The position numbers and the translations under genes were made by a program. This document shows, one piece after another, positions 22,762 to 36,885 of a stretch of DNA of 62,000 nucleotides. Under the pieces are notes generated by a model. The model made no database searches, was not told the DNA's origin, and saw nothing but the letters and a program-made list of their open reading frames with translations. Each line of letters opens with the position of its first letter. Position 1 is the first letter of the stretch. The stretch comes from Wallemia ichthyophaga EXF-994 (taxonomy: Eukaryota > Fungi > Basidiomycota), in assembly GCF_000400465.1 (NCBI RefSeq), contig NW_008806289.1, positions 180,001-242,000 of the forward strand, in the 5' to 3' direction.

Positions 22762-24346
22762 TTAAAGCAAAAGATCATCGTTGTTTTGCGGTGTTTGATA
22801 TTGCTGCGATGGCTGCGATGGCTGAGGTTTTGAAGATGTAGGTGTGTTCCACAAAGAAGCTGATGATTTCTGCTGCGCCATTGATGCCATCGATGGTTTA
22901 GCTGTGTTTTCTGATTGTTTTGTTGACTTTGAAGACTTCCACAAATCGTCGAATCCACTAAATGGATCATTTGGTTTTGTCTGTTGGTTAGGTACATTGG
23001 CACGATTTGGCATCGTTGCTGGGTTGATAGCTGGCTGTGGCGCCATTGCAGGAGGTGTTGCTGCAGGTTGTTGGAGGCTTTGGAGTCCGCTCATTGGCAT
23101 CGTTGGAGGTATACTACTAAGGGCGTTGCTTTGGCTTCCCATTGGAGGCTGGATGTTTGGTATGGACTGCGTGCTTGCTGGAGCTTTTGGTTTTGAGACA
23201 GGTGCCGACTGAAAGTCGTCGAAATCGTCGAATTCTGAAATACCTGCTTGAGTTGTCTTAGGTGGAGCTTGGACAGGTGCCGCCGTAGGAGCAACAGGAG
23301 GAGCAGAAGCGGGTTCATCCCCAAAGTCAAACAAGTCAACCTCAGGTTCTTTCTGTTTTGTTTGCTGAGGTGGTTGGGAGGTAGAGCTAGCTGGGGTGTT
23401 CTCGTGATAATCCTCTGCACGATCATCATCATCGCCAGCATCGTAATCGTCATATCCCTGATTGTTTTCAGCAGCATCGCTGAATCCACCTCCACCACTG
23501 TACGAAGTGTTGGTGGTATTCAAGCTATCCGAACCGAATCCACCGTATCTGCTTCCGCCCATGTTGAAAGATACACCAGAAAGCTGCTCACTGCCAACAC
23601 CTACGTACTTGGAGCGGTTAGCTTTTGCCTTTCTGCGCTCTGCTCTGATCTTGTCGACATCCGATAACAGAGAAATGATTTCCATCGCTCTGTTGCGCAC
23701 GTTGATGCCTTGATCCTTAGACTTATCGTCGATGAAGTGGAAGTTCCTGAGCATCTTGATGGTTGAAAGGTGTGCGCGTGCATCATCAACCACGCGCTCA
23801 GAGCCGTGCTTTACAAGATATTCGAGTAATTGGAGAGCCTGTGAAAGTTGTAAGGGATAATTCACAGCGCAAACACACGTACTTTGTAGATTTGTCTCCA
23901 CTGGCGGGCTTCCATCTCCATAAATTTCCTGTAGATCGTTGGGAGTATCTCGTTGAATTCTTGGCTGTTATTGGACCGGTTAGAGTACTTTGAGATACGC
24001 AAGCCAGACAAACAAGTTGAATGTTCCTTGGGCTATTTGCTGCATTAGAGTTGAGCTAGCACCCCTTAGAGCTGGTCAGATGGACGTCAACACAGACGCG
24101 TTTAACAAACCAGGGATCGTCGTTGGTGGCTTCATTCACTTTCGCTTCCATCTCCGGCACGTTCATTGCAATATTCTTCGCCTGGTCCTTCCAGTCAGCA
24201 ACTGCTGCGTCAGTGCCTCAGGACCAACCTTCTCGATATACGACTTGACATCGTACGGCGTCAGATCTTGTACCTGATTCTTGTAAGCTGATGGCTCTGT
24301 GCGCTTGCCAACTTACTTGATTTGTTACTTTCTGAATCCAATCCAT
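22762..24346 (-). CDS. ENT3: ENTH-domain epsin-like protein, Ent3/EpsinR type
   Basis: Spliced MDWIQKVTNQ|VQDLTPYDVKSYIEK|AKNIAMNVPEMEAKVNEATNDDPWGASSTLMQ..., LEYLVKHGSERVVDDAR, DQGINVRNRA. DLFDF and DFDDF motifs. Confidence 0.9.
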
Positions 24347-24388
24347 CGGTGTTAGGGTGCGAGGAATATATTTATTACGACAAAATAT

Positions 24389-25567
24389 TTAATTCAACAA
24401 GCCAGGCTGTGTTTCTACAAGGTATTCATATTCTGGCTTGAAATTCTTTGTTTCCCGTGAGATACGCCTACTCATCGTCCGACACACTCACCAAATACGC
24501 GGCCTCCGGATGCGTCAATGTTGCAGCCGTGAATGCTGCATCCTCGTCGTCAATCGTGTTTCTGCCGATGTGTCAGAATATTCACTTGGCCGCAATCACT
24601 CTAAGTCTACTCACATCTTGTGGCCATTGGATGCAGCCGATTCACTCAATAGCTGCACATGGCACGCTCTTTCTAGTGCGTGAAATGCGTGTGCCATCTC
24701 GTCGACAGTCTCTCCTACCGTCAACAATCCGTGGTTCTGTCTTGTTTCAATTATGTCTTGGAGTACGCAACTTCACTCACCTGTAAAATACAGTTTTTTG
24801 ATGTTCCCAGAGACTTTGCTACATTCTCGCCCTCCTCGTGTGCCAAAACTATTCCACCAAAGTTCCTAATCGCGCTGATTAGCCGAGATAACAAATACTG
24901 GTGTGAGTAACGCACTTATAAACACCCTAGACGGTTGTGAGTGAGCAAAATGAACATTGCAATCAAGACCCACCAGGTTGTTGTAGAAAAGGCAGCTATC
25001 TTGGCTCAGCATGTCAATTGGCTTCCCGAACACGCTCCATGCTTTTCCATAAACAGTGTGAGTGTGTCCAGCAGCCTTGACATCCGGTCTAGCTTTGTGT
25101 ATAGCGCTGTGGATGTAGAATCCAGCTGTATTGCTGTAGTGCGCTATTTGAGATAAATATTAACATGCAGTCACCACCCACATCGGCAATTGTGCTCCTT
25201 CAGGGCGAATATAACCATCAGGACCGACGAGAACTAGCTTGGATTTTGTCATGATGCCAAAGTGCACACATATTGGATTCATCCAGTAGCAGGATGGTTC
25301 GACGGGGTCGACAACGGTTATGTGCCCCGCCAGTCCTTCACCATATCCCATTTTGCCCCAGAAACGGAATACTGCTGCCATGTGCTCCTTTATCCACTCG
25401 CGTTCTTCCATTTTATCTGTAAATACTGGAATGCCTTGGAGCTTTATCTTGCCGTCCCTGTCTGCACGCGAAACTCTCTCGATGAGCGACTTGGGCTGGT
25501 TAGCAATGCTCTGGTGATGCTTCGAAGCGTCTTCTGGTACTGTGGTTGTAGCACTCATTGCACTCAT
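24389..25567 (-). CDS. Class II aldolase/adducin-domain protein
   Basis: GEGLAGHITVVDP, YWMNP, FYIHSAIHKARPDVKAAGHTHT, ILQNHGLLTVG. Multiple introns. Confidence 0.9.
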
Positions 25568-25692
25568 TGCGTGTTGATGGTGACTTGACGATAGCAGTTT
25601 ATGGGTTTCCCGGTGGGTCACGAGCGAATCAAATGACAAATATTAAATCCAATTAAAGCACATGCATTAAATAAATAAGACAATCTATAAAT

Positions 25693-27946
25693 CTATCTTC
25701 TGAGCGCATTGTTTGAAGCCATCCTGAGATTGTTGCGGCGTCTTGATCTACCTTGCTCATCTGCACCCTGGTCTTGCTCAAGAGCGCCTTTCTCCAATCC
25801 ATGTCCAAATTGCTCTCTACCCTTAGCCTTCTTAGGTTGAGGCTTGTTGTCATCTGCTTCGGTCGTCTTAGGCGTGAACACCATCTCCATACCACCGCCA
25901 CCAGTCCTTCTGACTGATGAGCTATCTTTGGATTCCTTGGCTTGCTGCTTCTTCTCAGTACCCTTGATTCTATCGCCGAACGCATCTCCTGCACTGCCCG
26001 TCTGTTCCGTTGCTGTTCCTGCAACAAGCGTTGGCTTAGACTGCGGCTTAGGCTTTTGTACAGGAGCTGTTGGTTGACGAGGTGGTGGTGCACTGATAAT
26101 GTTATCTGAAAAGAGTTAGCCGTGCTATCTATCAGTGTTATAGCATACTCACCTTCACTCTCATCACCACTATCACCCTCTTCTTCACCTTCACTGCTAC
26201 TACCCTTAGACATATCTTCATCCATCGAGTCCTTGTCACTCTCCTCTTCCTCCTGCTCAACAGCAGTCTTACCCTTGTTGAAGCCAGATGGGTTGCGCAG
26301 CGCAAACTCTTTGCTGTCTTCGTCTATTTCAAATTCAGGGTTCTCAAACATATCCTTGAATCTATCATCACTAAGCAGCTTTCCATCATCCTTCTTGCTC
26401 TTCTTGCTAGACGACTTGGATAATTTATCAACCAAGCCCTTATTAATCTTAACGTTGGGCTTGACACTGTTACGTATTCTCGATTCAGCTTGCTTGTCGA
26501 GCTTAGCTTGGATCTCCTTTTCTCTGTGCTCAGCATAGGCGAATGGATTCGAAACCAGCTTGGCTGTGGAGTATAATTCGCCAGAGATGAAGAAACCGTG
26601 CATGTATGGCTTGAGAGCAGCTGTACCGATCAAATGATTCAACTGGAGGCTCTCAAGCTCAGACTTGTCGATAAACTTATAGTCTGACCATGCAGATGGA
26701 CCGACACCTCCACTCATGTCGCCCTCGAGTTCTTCTGTGATATTGTCCAAGAATCTGCACCATTTTGGTGCAGGTCCAAGTTGAGGAACGTAATAACTAG
26801 ACATCTCTGGTGCTTCATTCGCCAACATGATCAAACCTGTCTTCGGGACAATGTGCATATCATTGATGTCAGACTCAGGTGTGAGATTGACGTAGTTTTC
26901 GGTAGATTCCTTGTCCCATATCTTAATAACTTTGCTGTCTGCACTAGCGACCTTACCGTCAGCTTCATCGTATCTACCTGAGGCACTTTCGAGCCACTGG
27001 AGATTCTTAATCGGCAGACCATAACCTTGATCCTTGCTGGCAAAGGGCTTGCTTGCTCTGAGATCGTAAAGGAGAGTGTGACCGGTGGATGTACCGACTG
27101 CCATTGATAAACCATTGCTGTGTGAGGCTAAGGATGTGACACCCAAAGGACCTGAACCAAGATTTGCAATATTGTCTTCAACCAAGTATTCTGCTGGCAA
27201 GTCCAGGGAGCCAATCTCATTCCTAGAGCGTGGATCCCAGAATTTGACACCAGCGCCGCTACCTTCGACACCAAACGACCAAAGCTGATGAGCAGGGTTG
27301 ACGTCAACAGCATTAACACCTTGGACAGATGAGCTGTCCAAATCCAAGGGGTTAAGGAATCGACCTTGCTCCAAATTGAGCCTAAAAACCTGACTACCTG
27401 TACCACCAATCAAGGTATCACAAGAAGGGAAGTGATATGCGAGTGATCTACCAAACCTAGGTACTCTAAGGGAGTAGTGTAGTTGGGACTGCGAATGAAC
27501 AGACACCGTTCTATCATTCTGCAGGTGTACGCTCTTTGTCCAGTCGCTCGATAGAATCTGCGTGGATGTGAGAACAAGACCAAGGCGAGAGGACACGAAC
27601 AGACCTGGAAGTCAACGTTCTCTGATGAAGTGTGTCTCTCCCATTTCAGAGCCAATTCTCTCAAATCGTAGCATCGAACTTGCGGCTTGTAGGTGCCTGT
27701 CGCCAAAGCAAAATCACCGTCGGGCGAAGTTCTAACTTTCATTGAAGCTTCAGGGAACCCAAATTCTTGAATAAGCGTAAGCTGTGACTCTTCCAGGCCT
27801 CTCTCCTTGACTTTAGCTTTGGAGCGCTTTCTCGATTTGCCTCCAGTGCGCTCAGCAGCCAAACGACGCTTAGAGATCCATTGCGGTAGGCTGGATGCGC
27901 CGGAGCTGGGCTGTCCATTGACGCAATAAACTTTTGCAACGCTCAT
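25693..27946 (-). CDS. ENP2: Nucleolar protein NOL10/Enp2
   Basis: LIQEFGFPEAS, TGTYKP, GQVFRLNLEQGRF, PAPKWCRFLDNITEE, NUC153 DDRFKDMFENPEFEIDE. 2 introns. Confidence 0.92.
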
Positions 27947-28003
27947 CCAAGTGATGGTTGTTGAAGAACAACGTCCATCACCGCAACAGCGCTAAAGCCA
28001 GAA

Positions 28004-28559
28004 ATGTTATTTAAATTATTCCCTAAAATGCAACCCGCGGTTGGCACACGCGCTGCGTCTACATTCGCCAGACTCACCCTCTGTGGGAATATCGCTGAGC
28101 CTGAATTCAAGGTCGCGAAGACGGGCAGCGAATACGCAAGACTCTCAGTGGCTACTACTGTCTCCTTGCCTCCAACCGAGGATGGTCGTGTGTGATCCTC
28201 TGCGTCTCCCAAGCTGTCACTCATATCCCCAACAGAGTCACAGGAAGAGACCAACTGGCACAACGTCTTTGTCTTTGGCGAGAAGGCCGAAGCCTTGCGC
28301 ACTGCCAGAAAGGGGTCAGTGTCTCCAGCCAATTCATAACCCTCTTAACAAAGCAAACAGCTCACTCGTACACATTGAGGCTGACTACTCTCTTCAAAAG
28401 GTTCAGCAGGACGAGAACTCCCCAATTTACAAGCTGCCAAATCTCAAAGCTCGTGAGTTGACAGGGCATAGCAAGGCGTCCACTAACCCCTTCTTATCAG
28501 GCCGTATCGATATTCTCAAGCGTCCTCAACCAAAGGAAACCATTGAATCCACTGATTAA
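28004..28559 (+). CDS. RIM1: Mitochondrial single-stranded DNA-binding protein
   Basis: Presequence, then ARLTLCGNIAEPE, YARLSVAT, TNWHNVFVFG, KG|SLVHIEAD. 3 introns. Confidence 0.8.
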
Positions 28560-28681
28560 GTCTGACACGCCTCCTCACGCTCATTGATTGTCTTCTCGTT
28601 TGTTTATATCCACGCTCAACACTCGTCTTGTCACTTTAGTTATTCTCAATCTATGTGTTACATTCAAGTCTATCCACTTTC

Positions 28682-30098
<1,417 letters not shown>

Positions 30099-30150
30099 AT
30101 TCCTATATTAGTAGATCGTCGTCGATTGCAACCACCACGTTTTATTCTAA

Positions 30151-31451
30151 ATGGCCGACATCGAGAGACCAAGCAGGGATGGCTTGATAGACTTCATAGT
30201 TCCCGTACAGGTTGCTATCTACGTTATTTGCGTGCTGCTGCGATACGTCGGCTATTCGCCCACTGCACTCTTTGCTACCCTCGTTGCGACGGGTTTTGCT
30301 CTTTTCTATAGACAAGTCAAATCCGCGTATCTCAATAACAGCTTGAACTATATCATCGGCTCTCAGGGTACGTTGAATTGGGATGGCCAAGTTGTTTTCA
30401 TTACCGGCGGTAAGTTTTCCACGTAACTACATCTATTCGGGGGATAGTGAACATCTCCATAGGCTCCAACGGCTTAGGGAAGGCTCTCGTCAAGGATCTG
30501 CTTTTGATGCGCCCAAAGCGCATCATCAACGTTGATATTGCAGATAATGACATCACTCACGATAGTAAGTTGATTGGTCAGGTCAGGTTGTTTGGACTTA
30601 TTTTTTAAGCTCTTCAAACAATCAAGTGTGATATTACCAACAGTGAGCAGCTTCAACGTGTATGCGGCGAGGTCATCAAAGAGGTACGCCAGTCTTTGAC
30701 GTAGAGGAGGTCACTAACAGCACTTAAATTACAGCACGGTACACCTAATATTGTCGTACTTAATGCTGGTGCATTCGACGCAAAGTCCTTGACAGAAAGC
30801 ACAACGGCCGACTTCAGAAAGTGAGTTTGAACATGCCGCACGCAATCATTCTAAGACATCTTTAGCACACTCGATGTCAACTTTACAAGCCACTTGGAAA
30901 TCTTGAATGCTTTCTTACCTGGTTTCATAGAGCGTAACAGAGGTCACATTGTCAGTATTGGCTCGATTCTTGGTGAACTTCACGCAGCACACGCTGCAAC
31001 TTACTGTGCGACCAAAGCAGCTGTCATTTCATTATTCCAATGTCTTAGAGTTGACTTGAAGCATTTGCACAAGGCACCAGACGTTAAGACGACACTCGTA
31101 TTCCCAGGACTGATTGAAACGAGACTGTTCGGTAATGTCAAATACAGCCAGTCATCAAGATTACCTGCTTGGATTTCCGATGCGGTGATGCCCTCCGTCA
31201 ATCCGACCAACCTGGCTCAAAGAATTGTTGGCGATCTGAATATGAGACGCACAGGCGACATACGCTCACCTTACTTTGTTCACTTGGCTAGCTGGTACAA
31301 CCATCTGCCGCCGTTCGTGATGAATGCACTTGAATACGTGGGTATCTCTTTCATGTTGAACAATACAAAAGAAAGCTAACGAGTTGTGATTATGAAGGTT
31401 ATCGGCGTTCACAACTACATCGACCATGTTAAAGTTGCAAAAAAGCAGTGA
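30151..31451 (+). CDS. Membrane-anchored short-chain dehydrogenase/reductase
   Basis: N-terminal TMs, VFITGG|SNGLG, NAG, RGHIVSIGS, catalytic YCATK. Confidence 0.88.
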
Positions 31452-31460
31452 TGGCGATAT

Positions 31461-32391
31461 CTAGATAACGGCCGATTCACCGCGCGACGTATTACTTTGT
31501 GCTTGAGCTGGCGTAGCAGAAGCTTGTGGCTGTTGCTAGATACCTTGTATCAATATATGAATGAAAAAAAAAGTGATGCACTTACTGGTGTTTCGAGCAT
31601 ATCTGAAATGGTGTCAGGTGGATTGCTATCTGGATTCTGCAAATACGAAGGGGTCTCATCGATTTCATTGAGATCATCGCCCAAAGCATCCAATTCTGTT
31701 AAAAGTGTGCGTTAGAAGACCGAATGAGTTTGTGCAACGCTAAACACACCAGCCTCAAGGTCAGCTTCGTCAATCTCTTCAGGAACGCCGTACGATCTAC
31801 CCAGGGTCTCTTGAACCTCAGTAGCAGATTCGATGAGATCTTGCATATCATCTTGGATGGTGTCGATCTTATCGATGTCTATCTTGCCGTACTGCTTCTT
31901 CATCTGCTTATTGGCTGTCTGCATAGCGTCGACTGTGGCCATTGTATTAGAGAGATTCTCAGTAGTCATTTGAGCCTGCTCCATGTTGAATGTTTGTTGC
32001 TGGAGTTGTGCGAGCTGTCCCTCGTATCTTAAAAAGAGGCAAATGAGTGGGCGATAAGGAAATCGAATGAATGCGCTCACACTTTCCTCTGTTGGAGTGC
32101 TCGCATGGCACGCTGCTGCACCGCTCGCTGACATCGGTTAGGTGATGCGGAATCCAAGGAATAGACGCACCTTGCCAGGGCCATCTCGAAGTCTATTCAT
32201 TTGCTGCTTAAACTGGGCTAATTCTTGATCGCACTTCTTCACTTTTGCTTCGATTGAGCCAGACCTGGATTCCGTCTTGTAGACTGTGAGAGCTGTGAGG
32301 AGGGACATGTAAATACGCTTACACTCTTTATCGCATCATTTAATCCCGGTTTTGGCGCTTTGGACTGGTTGTAGCCAAATAATCTCTGCAT
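31461..32391 (-). CDS. VPS60: ESCRT-III-associated protein Vps60/CHMP5
   Basis: MQRLFG...KPGLNDAI, YEGQLAQLQQQTFNMEQ, NTMATVDAM, QETLGRSYGVPEEIDEADLEA. Confidence 0.92.
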
Positions 32392-32421
32392 TTTGGTTAT
32401 CGTGCGGGTTGAAGACGTACG

Positions 32422-33108
32422 ATGACCACTCGCGAGGTGTGTAGAGTTGCGGATAAATTCTGAAAGCTTATCGTAGGCTTCAGCAGCCACAGCTTGTCCG
32501 CACAGCCAGCACACTCCCGCAATTCTTTCAGTCTGTCGCTTACACTTGCATCATTTCATCATCGCTTGCAGCAACTCTGCTATCGATTTGGAAGGTATTC
32601 TATCATCTCACTCGTACTCCTATCTTTGCTTACTTGCATCCAGCTATACGCACAAGAAAGATATCTCAAATCACTCCAAGCAAGGGAAGGCATCACTCAG
32701 ACTTTTCTCAAGCGTTACTCGGCGCTTTTGTCGATCCTCGGCAGCTACTACGGCAGCGATAGGCTTGGATTGGGTATAGCTAGGGATGAGGGCGAGAAAG
32801 GCACTCCACTGCTCCTCGATTCGCTCTCACACTCCCTTGAAGGTCTCAGCAGAGTAGTGCATGATCTACCAGGCGCTACACCGATAGCGTCTACCAGCCC
32901 ATCTACAATACTCAGTGAAGATGTCCACGATCTCTCTCATTCTCTATCCAAAGGCATCAACAAGTCAAAAAGTGAAATTATGCCGGCTGGTCGATCAACA
33001 GCAGACAATCTACCCTCACATGTAGAATCTGCTATCGATTTGCGCACCGAGATTCGCTCTTTGAAAGGATTGCTGCTGAGTAGAAGGAACCTTGCTCAAT
33101 CTCAATAG
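32422..33108 (+). CDS. Hypothetical single-TM protein with a Pex14/Pex33-like C-terminal motif (5' exon structure uncertain)
   Basis: TM segment YSIISLVLLSLLTCIQLY. C-terminal DLRTEIRSLKGLLLSRR resembles fungal Pex14-family tails. Confidence 0.4.
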
Positions 33109-33376
33109 ACTAGAGACTTCGCACAGCATTACTGTAATTTACTATACCTCCTTGTAAACATTCAATGTACGCTACAAACCTTATACATCTGCTTATTTCG
33201 TTAACCTAAGATATACCGCTAAAGATATTTGTTATACATCTAACTGACTTGCTTTCGCCATTCGGTCGCAATCTGCTGCAAAAAGAAATAAGCAGAGTCA
33301 CTAGGAGATCATTTCAGACAAAGATTATATTCTGACAGCTATAAACTCTCGATCTGGGACTGGTCTCTACATATAT

Positions 33377-33753
33377 GATGACATCAGGACGAGTATAAGG
33401 GATGACAGTGTGATACGAATTGTTAATCTAGTACTAACAGATACTTGGAGTTGGTTTAGCCATTCGATTGAATCTAAATCTGCTCAAGGCACCCTAAATA
33501 TGACTTAATAAATGTAAAGACGAACGTGGAAATACTATATACTGACAAGTTGAACAATTTAGCGATATCAAAATTTTCATAAAACCTTCAGCATTTCAAA
33601 TACATTCCTATATCAACATCCTCTCAATATCCAGAGTTGAATATCTTGACAACCACCTATCTCATCTCAGATGGCTGATTTACGACTTTTGACCATTTCC
33701 AAATAAAAAGGCTTGGTAAGTAGCACTGAATAATTCCTACGAGAATTTGCCAG
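33377..33753 (+). repeat. Copy B of the diverged inverted duplicate (probably pseudogenised)
   Basis: Colinear with 22425-22067(-). Keeps the GGACGA|GT...TACTAACAG and TTG|GTAAGT...TTGCCAG introns, but has in-frame stops and a lost donor. Confidence 0.75.
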
Positions 33754-34244
33754 TATTACATCCCTGAGCCTCCGATCGCGTGCTGTAGGCTGTTCGGAAG
33801 TTGTAATCCGACATGGTTCTGGAGCACGCTAAATGATACATATGGAAAATCTCACGCGCTTCATCGATAAAACAATTATTTTTACCTGATGGAGACCACT
33901 AGCACCGAAATATCGTTTATTCGGCTCTATAGACGCAATTCACGTTTCGATTCATTCTCCATCACCACGGCAATGAGAAAAGTTGAATAATGTAGATCGA
34001 GCTATAATAGAGGAATAGCTAAAAATACAAAGCTTTCAATGTAGCACAAATTAATTTTAAGATGACAATTCGAGCCATATGTGCTTAGCTTGATAATGAC
34101 AAAGCTTTGAAATATGCAGATAATTGATCTTCTAAACGGCGGGTAAATGCACATAATTCAATTGCATATACCAGATCAACAGCTTCAAATTACTGTTCAA
34201 TGAGCAATGAAATGTCCTTGTTACAACCAAACAAACGTTAGAGA

Positions 34245-36530
34245 TCAGTAGGGGAGAGTGCCGAGTGGCCGAAGTGTAGGTGCTGAGCAAGTGCCGTCGA
34301 GATTGATGCCATGTTCATCAGCCACGAGGTAGTAATCTTCATTAGCCACAGCGTAGTACGAGTTGCGCAAGTCTCTCGACAACTCTTCGTCAGCGTAATT
34401 GAATGGTGACAACATTAATGCTGACTTGGCTTCTATGAAGAGCGTATTTGGTACATCTTCAGCTCGTGGAACGTGTCTGAATCCAACCGATGCCCAGAGA
34501 GTGAGATCCTTCTGCCTGATGGATTCGTCATCTTGGTAGAACTTGGTGAAATCGACTGGTGGCTTCTTTGGTAAGACGGCGTTGTAGTATGATGAGCAAC
34601 TGCGTTCGTTGTCCTTGGTAACAGTGACAAAGGCATGATGATCGGCAAATTTGGCGTTCTGGTCCATCTTTTCGCCATCAACAATGTTGTGGATGACTGA
34701 ACGTGGCATGAGACGGTAGGAGCGCGGGTATCCATAGCTGTTGGTTGAGTCTTGGTTACCAATTAGCCAAAATTTGTCACTGTTACCGTTCCAGTCAATC
34801 ACAGCCTCCTTCTCCTTCTCCAAGACGCTTGTGTTGATCTTTTTCTGCTTCAGTGGCGGATCATCATCGTCCATCCAGTTGAACCTATCCTCACTAACCA
34901 CGATGTCCCTTCTCTCGACACTGTTGCTCTCGCCAGCGACATCAAGATCAATCTTGAAGGTGATAACGTGGTCGTGGATGCTGCCAGAGGATGTGGCGCT
35001 GACTCTTGTGTCATATGAATCGCCATTCGGATTATAATATGTTGTTTGAAGGTAACCCGAAGCATCAACTTCAATCTCAATCGAGCCTTCTGGGTAGAGT
35101 GTGAAGCTGATCAAGTAGTCGTAGTTGCCGACAGTGTAGATACTTCTCACTTCGAACGCAACACCCCTGGTAGCGCCTGCGTCTGTAGACTGGTAGTGTC
35201 TTGATATAGGCTTCTGAAGATCGCGTTCAAACATGCAAATGGTGTCGTTCAAGATGCGACCGGCACCGTAGTCGTAGAAGTTGACGTCCATGTATGTCGC
35301 TTCGTGTGGGCAGTCGTAGTTCCTGACGAGCGGTGTAATACCAGTGGCCATTCCAAAGCCTCGGTCGAGATATGCCGTGTAGGCTTGCATAGGATCAGCG
35401 CCGCCGTAATTGGAGACGGCATCTTGGAGTGAGATCTCATACGCAACTCTCTCGCCCTTGAACTTGACGTCGAAGAGCATCAGACCTTGCTCTGGGCTGT
35501 AGGAGAGGTAGAAGGACCAGTCCATCCAGGTGATGTATCTCTCATCTCTGTCGACACGATACCTCAAGCCACTTGGGGAGTAGGTAATCGGAGCGGGAAG
35601 CTCTTCGAGGTCGCGAGCAGTCCCCTTCACGGAGCGGAGAGCCCAGTCAGTGTTGGTGCTGTTGAGTTGGGGCGATGGCTCGAGTTTCCCCGCGTTGAAA
35701 TCCTCATTGAACGCGTCAGTAGATGACCACTTCTGGTTGTTGTAGACGAGCTTGCGGAGCTTCCATTGAGAAATGTCTTGGTTGGAGAAATCGAACTGCG
35801 CAAACAAGCCAGTGTATGCGAACCACATGGCAGAGGTGTCGTAGGCCAGCATCAGCTCGACCCATGGGTGTCTGTACGATCCATCGCCGTTGTTGGGGAG
35901 TAAACCGGTATCGTAGTTGCTAAGTGACCAAGGCACGCCCAGCAAATCATTGAGAGCATCAGAGATGGCAGTGAATGTTTCTGAAATGACATTGGTGCGC
36001 TCACGGTCCTCGCCGGGATGGGATGGTTTTGCATTCCAAGGTATCTCACCGTTGTGGTAGATTTTCTCGGCGAGATTCTCGATTCTCGTGTCGGAAGAGA
36101 CGGGCAGCGGGCCAACAAGGAGAGTCTTGACAATCGGAGGATCGTCCAAGCCAGAAACGACGTGTGCCTTGGCCATGCGATCGGGGAGTGGACCATCTTG
36201 GTCGAGGTAGTAAATGGCGTCTTCCTTGGTTGGGTGCCACAGCTCGATCTGCGTGGGCAATGTTAGTTGAGCCACAATCCCCACAATCGCACCCACCGAG
36301 TCGATGTAGTTGCCGTCTAAGGCGGCTTCGTCCATATCGGTGAGGTTGAGGGATTGCTCTGGGTCCTTGAGCCAGGCAGCGATATCCGCAAGCTCAGAAT
36401 TAGACAGTTCAAGGAAAGGGTTCGACTTGGGCGCTGTTGTTGTTGGGGCCGTTGAGCAGTTTGGCTGCGCGATGGCTATAGCGACCACTGCGACCACTGC
36501 TAGGGCAAAAACACCACCAAAAGCTTTCAT
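34245..36530 (-). CDS. Secreted copper amine oxidase (TPQ-dependent, AOC-like)
   Basis: Signal peptide MKAFGGVFALAVVAVVAIAIA, active-site YLD, TPQ consensus TVGNYDY, Cu ligands HDH and HVPRAED. One in-frame 48-nt intron (GTGGGT...CTAAC...CAG). Confidence 0.93.
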   Translation of the reverse strand: MKAFGGVFALAVVAVVAIAIAQPNCSTAPTTTAPKSNPFLELSNSELADIAAWLKDPEQSLNLTDMDEAALDGNYIDSVGAIVGIVAQLTLPTQIELWHPTKEDAIYYLDQDGPLPDRMAKAHVVSGLDDPPIVKTLLVGPLPVSSDTRIENLAEKIYHNGEIPWNAKPSHPGEDRERTNVISETFTAISDALNDLLGVPWSLSNYDTGLLPNNGDGSYRHPWVELMLAYDTSAMWFAYTGLFAQFDFSNQDISQWKLRKLVYNNQKWSSTDAFNEDFNAGKLEPSPQLNSTNTDWALRSVKGTARDLEELPAPITYSPSGLRYRVDRDERYITWMDWSFYLSYSPEQGLMLFDVKFKGERVAYEISLQDAVSNYGGADPMQAYTAYLDRGFGMATGITPLVRNYDCPHEATYMDVNFYDYGAGRILNDTICMFERDLQKPISRHYQSTDAGATRGVAFEVRSIYTVGNYDYLISFTLYPEGSIEIEVDASGYLQTTYYNPNGDSYDTRVSATSSGSIHDHVITFKIDLDVAGESNSVERRDIVVSEDRFNWMDDDDPPLKQKKINTSVLEKEKEAVIDWNGNSDKFWLIGNQDSTNSYGYPRSYRLMPRSVIHNIVDGEKMDQNAKFADHHAFVTVTKDNERSCSSYYNAVLPKKPPVDFTKFYQDDESIRQKDLTLWASVGFRHVPRAEDVPNTLFIEAKSALMLSPFNYADEELSRDLRNSYYAVANEDYYLVADEHGINLDGTCSAPTLRPLGTLPY

Positions 36531-36885
36531 CGTCTTTATAAAGGTTATAAACAAGATGCAGGCCTCTTATAGGATACTGGGCAGTCTGGGCTGACGCCTT
36601 GCTGTGCCTGAACACAAGGGGTTGTTTGTAGGATAAACATGGAGATCAATTGAATGTTTATAATTCTAGGTTTATCTGGGTTTATGTTGCTTGCTGGTGT
36701 TGCTGGATGTGCTATAGTGTTATGGTGTTTTGCTTTAGATTGAATCGATATTGGTGTTATTGGGTGGAGCACGACCAGAAAAACATTAAAGAATTAAATT
36801 AAAAGACTGCGCTATTAAAATATTTACATTCACCTCCACTTGACCTATCCATCTGACACATCATCTCACGCTTACACTTACCATC

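Noticed and set aside
22755-23789. Many overlapping alternative-frame ORFs over the epsin tail, amine oxidase, ALDH and enolase
   Set aside because: Antisense or frame-shifted shadows of biased-codon genes, with no domain motifs.
33305-33550. U3/box C-D-like words (GATCATTTC, ATGATGA, CTGACAAGT) and a hammerhead-like GATGAC..GGACGA
   Set aside because: Spacing and remaining boxes do not fit, and the hammerhead core lacks CTGA/GAAA. The same words are explained by the intron-bearing duplicate.
34245-36554. Horizontal transfer of the GC-rich amine oxidase
   Set aside because: It carries a spliceosomal intron and a eukaryotic signal peptide, and neighbouring genes are also GC-richer.
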